DNA from: the human T2T-CHM13v2.0 reference genome, Homo sapiens
Length of the DNA: 64,000 nucleotides
Reading direction: 5' to 3' (one strand)
Assembly: GCF_009914755.1 (NCBI RefSeq)
Contig: NC_060930.1
Part shown: piece by piece, positions 61,830 through 64,000 of the stretch
How positions within the stretch are numbered: the first letter of the stretch is position 1
Layout of the letters: every line of letters begins with the position of its first letter
Made by a program: the position numbers and the translations under genes
Notes under the pieces: generated by a model
What the model was told of the DNA's origin: nothing
Database searches by the model: none
The model's input: only the letters and a program-made list of their open reading frames with translations

Positions 61830-61970
61830 GGATTGCACATCCTCACTTTTCAGGTGAAGGAATGCTCAGTGGAGTTAAGCAATTGTCTTGAGTTCACACA
61901 ACCATTAAGTGGAAGAATTAGGATTCCAAACCATGTCCTACCGACTCCAAAGACTCTTTCTTCACTTCTG
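61830..61970 (-). mobile_element. MIR
   Basis: 'atcctcacttttcaggtgaaggaatgctcagtggagttaagcaattgtcttgagttcacacaacc...ggattccaaacc'. Confidence 0.7.
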
Positions 61971-62024
61971 CTTAACCCCTTCTTCTTACCTGTTTACTGG
62001 AAGCATAGCATAGAGTCAATATGG

Positions 62025-62540
62025 TTGTACTAGAGTTCCTGTTTGCCAAAAACAAATGTCACTCTAGCTAAGATAAATAGAAAAGTAAATTGTTAAAGGT
62101 GATTGGCCAACTCACTGAATCTTTAGGAGAGCCAGGAGTCAAACTTGAAGGCTATGCATCCAGATAGGGTACCCAGCCCTACTGCTGCACTGATTTGATA
62201 GAGACCCCATGACCACCACCTTTGTACATGGCTCTGCACAGGGTGCTGTTGACACTGATTCAAGGTGCCAGTAAGACCTGGGCCACTGCTGCTCCTGGCT
62301 GCTAGATAGCCCTATGCCTCTCTTGCCAGAAGGAAGGAGTTCCATGTGGTGTCTCCTTTCTCCTTTCACTTTCTTCCAAATTGAAGTTGTAAGTGGGTGG
62401 GTCTAACTGGCAGAGACTAAGTCACATGTCATAACAAATTACAAGAGGATCTGGGAAAACAAATGCCCAGCTTCTAACTTGAGGAGGAAAGACTCAGAAA
62501 TTGAAAAATTTCTCATATTGAAAGGATTTTCAAAAGGTCC
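62025..62540. mobile_element. Probable old MaLR/ERVL LTR
   Basis: 'gagttcctgtttgccaaaaacaaatgtcactctagctaagataaatagaaaag...' and 'gtgggtgggtctaactggcagagactaagtcacatg' are LTR-like. Confidence 0.45.
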
Positions 62541-64000
62541 CAGATAGGTTAAAAAATCAGTGGCCAGGGAAGTCTCATCTTGTATAGGATTCCAGCGTTT
62601 GTCTAAATTTTTCTTTATCTGTCTGAAATTCCCATCTGCCCTTTACTTCCTTGTTTTCCAAAGGTGACCTCACCAGAATCTCAATTCTAACATTATGCTG
62701 GCAATGACCCAGGCAGTAAAAAATATATCACCAAATTAATTTAGTGGAAACACTAAAACATTCATGGTCTTAAAATTTTAACAGAAGCCTGTGTTTTCTC
62801 CATTAAAAAAATTAATCGTGTAGGATGTCTTTAGTCAAAAGACAAATCAACTGGGTTGCAAAAAAGACTAAATAATGGCATTGTAACTGTACAAATCTGA
62901 CTTTTGGCTGCTTTTTATAGGCCTGAAAAAAATATCAAAAGCAGTAAAAACTTATATTATTTCTGTCAGTAGTCCTTTTCATAAAATGTTGTGAAAACAA
63001 TCTCTCTAAGAAGGAAGCAACATACTGAGCAACAAGCCTCAGTCAGGAAGTTCATTTTTTCTTTGGCTTACAGCCCAATGCCATCAGAACTAATTAAAAA
63101 CAGAGCCACGCTGGTATGGGGCTCAGTGTTTGGGTTTTACAATAACAGAGTCACAAAGCAGGGGGATGTCTAATGAGAATAGTTTCTGAGTTTGTTTTGT
63201 AGCATTGGGCAACTATGTCAATTACTGGAACTGCAGCTCAGGGCCAGCACCCATGCTGGGATGTGAGAGAGTCTTACTGCCTTACAGATTGAGCTTCCTC
63301 TTTGATACATGTGATATGCATGTCACTTGTATACTGGTGCCACTCCTTGGCTGCAGATTATATCAGAAAAGGCTGATGCCACCTAGCTTCTGTCATCTGA
63401 GGCCAGATCAAATGTTACCAGGACCAGATTTCATCTGCATTATTAGCTATGCTCCAGTTAAAAAATAAAGCATGTCTTTCAGTTGAAAATTATTAGAAAT
63501 GAAGGCTCTGACTTATACAGCCATATGTATGAGCTGCTGGAGAATTAATGTGGGATGGGAGGGGAGCACAGAAGGACATACATTCCAAGGTAAAAAATAG
63601 AAGAGCCAAATAGCACGGCTAAAATGTCTTCTTGCTTTCCTGCATGTATAATAGGGATAAAATCAAGATTTTTCACCCTTGCTTAAAGAATCAAAATTCA
63701 CTCCACCCATACCCTAAAAGAACATTTATTTGTTATTTGTGTATATGGGGATTATGGTGTATGATGTCCTGGTCATTTAAGAAATTGACTTGGAAAAAGA
63801 AGGTAGGAGAGTCATGGAAATAGCTGGTAAAACACAAATAAGTAGTTATCAATAGAGTGCTTGCAACTCCATATGATCTTTTCAAATTTACCAATTTAAC
63901 CGTGTGTTCAAGGAGATTTTTCTTCTCCTTCATGCAAACCATAATGGCAGAACAATTCAGTGCCAAATGTAAGCACCATCGATGTATTAAAAAGAACTGC

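Overview
Primate (most likely human) AT-rich non-coding DNA, intronic or intergenic. I found no intact protein-coding gene or RNA gene. The ORF track is explained by Alu and L1 translations, two retrocopies and chance ORFs. Recognisable content: (1) a near-complete FTH1 processed pseudogene (minus, ~39287-40211) with a 16-bp TSD and a retained iron-responsive element; (2) a 5'-truncated TNPO3 processed pseudogene (minus, ~24055-25004); (3) a ~6.1-kb full-length L1PA (minus) without TSD that looks like a young/old chimera, nested in an L1MA that is itself nested in an older L1M; (4) three young L1PA2-like insertions: a classic twin-primed one, one with a short 3' transduction, and one that combines a 3' transduction of an MLT1A LTR with an inversion primed on the source L1's own A-tail; (5) about 13 Alus, plus MIR, L2 and MaLR remnants and microsatellites. 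I see no evidence of a new multi-gene system. The most interesting signals are retrotransposition and repair structures that can be read at base level. Subfamily labels come from recalled consensus sequences and need RepeatMasker/Dfam confirmation.
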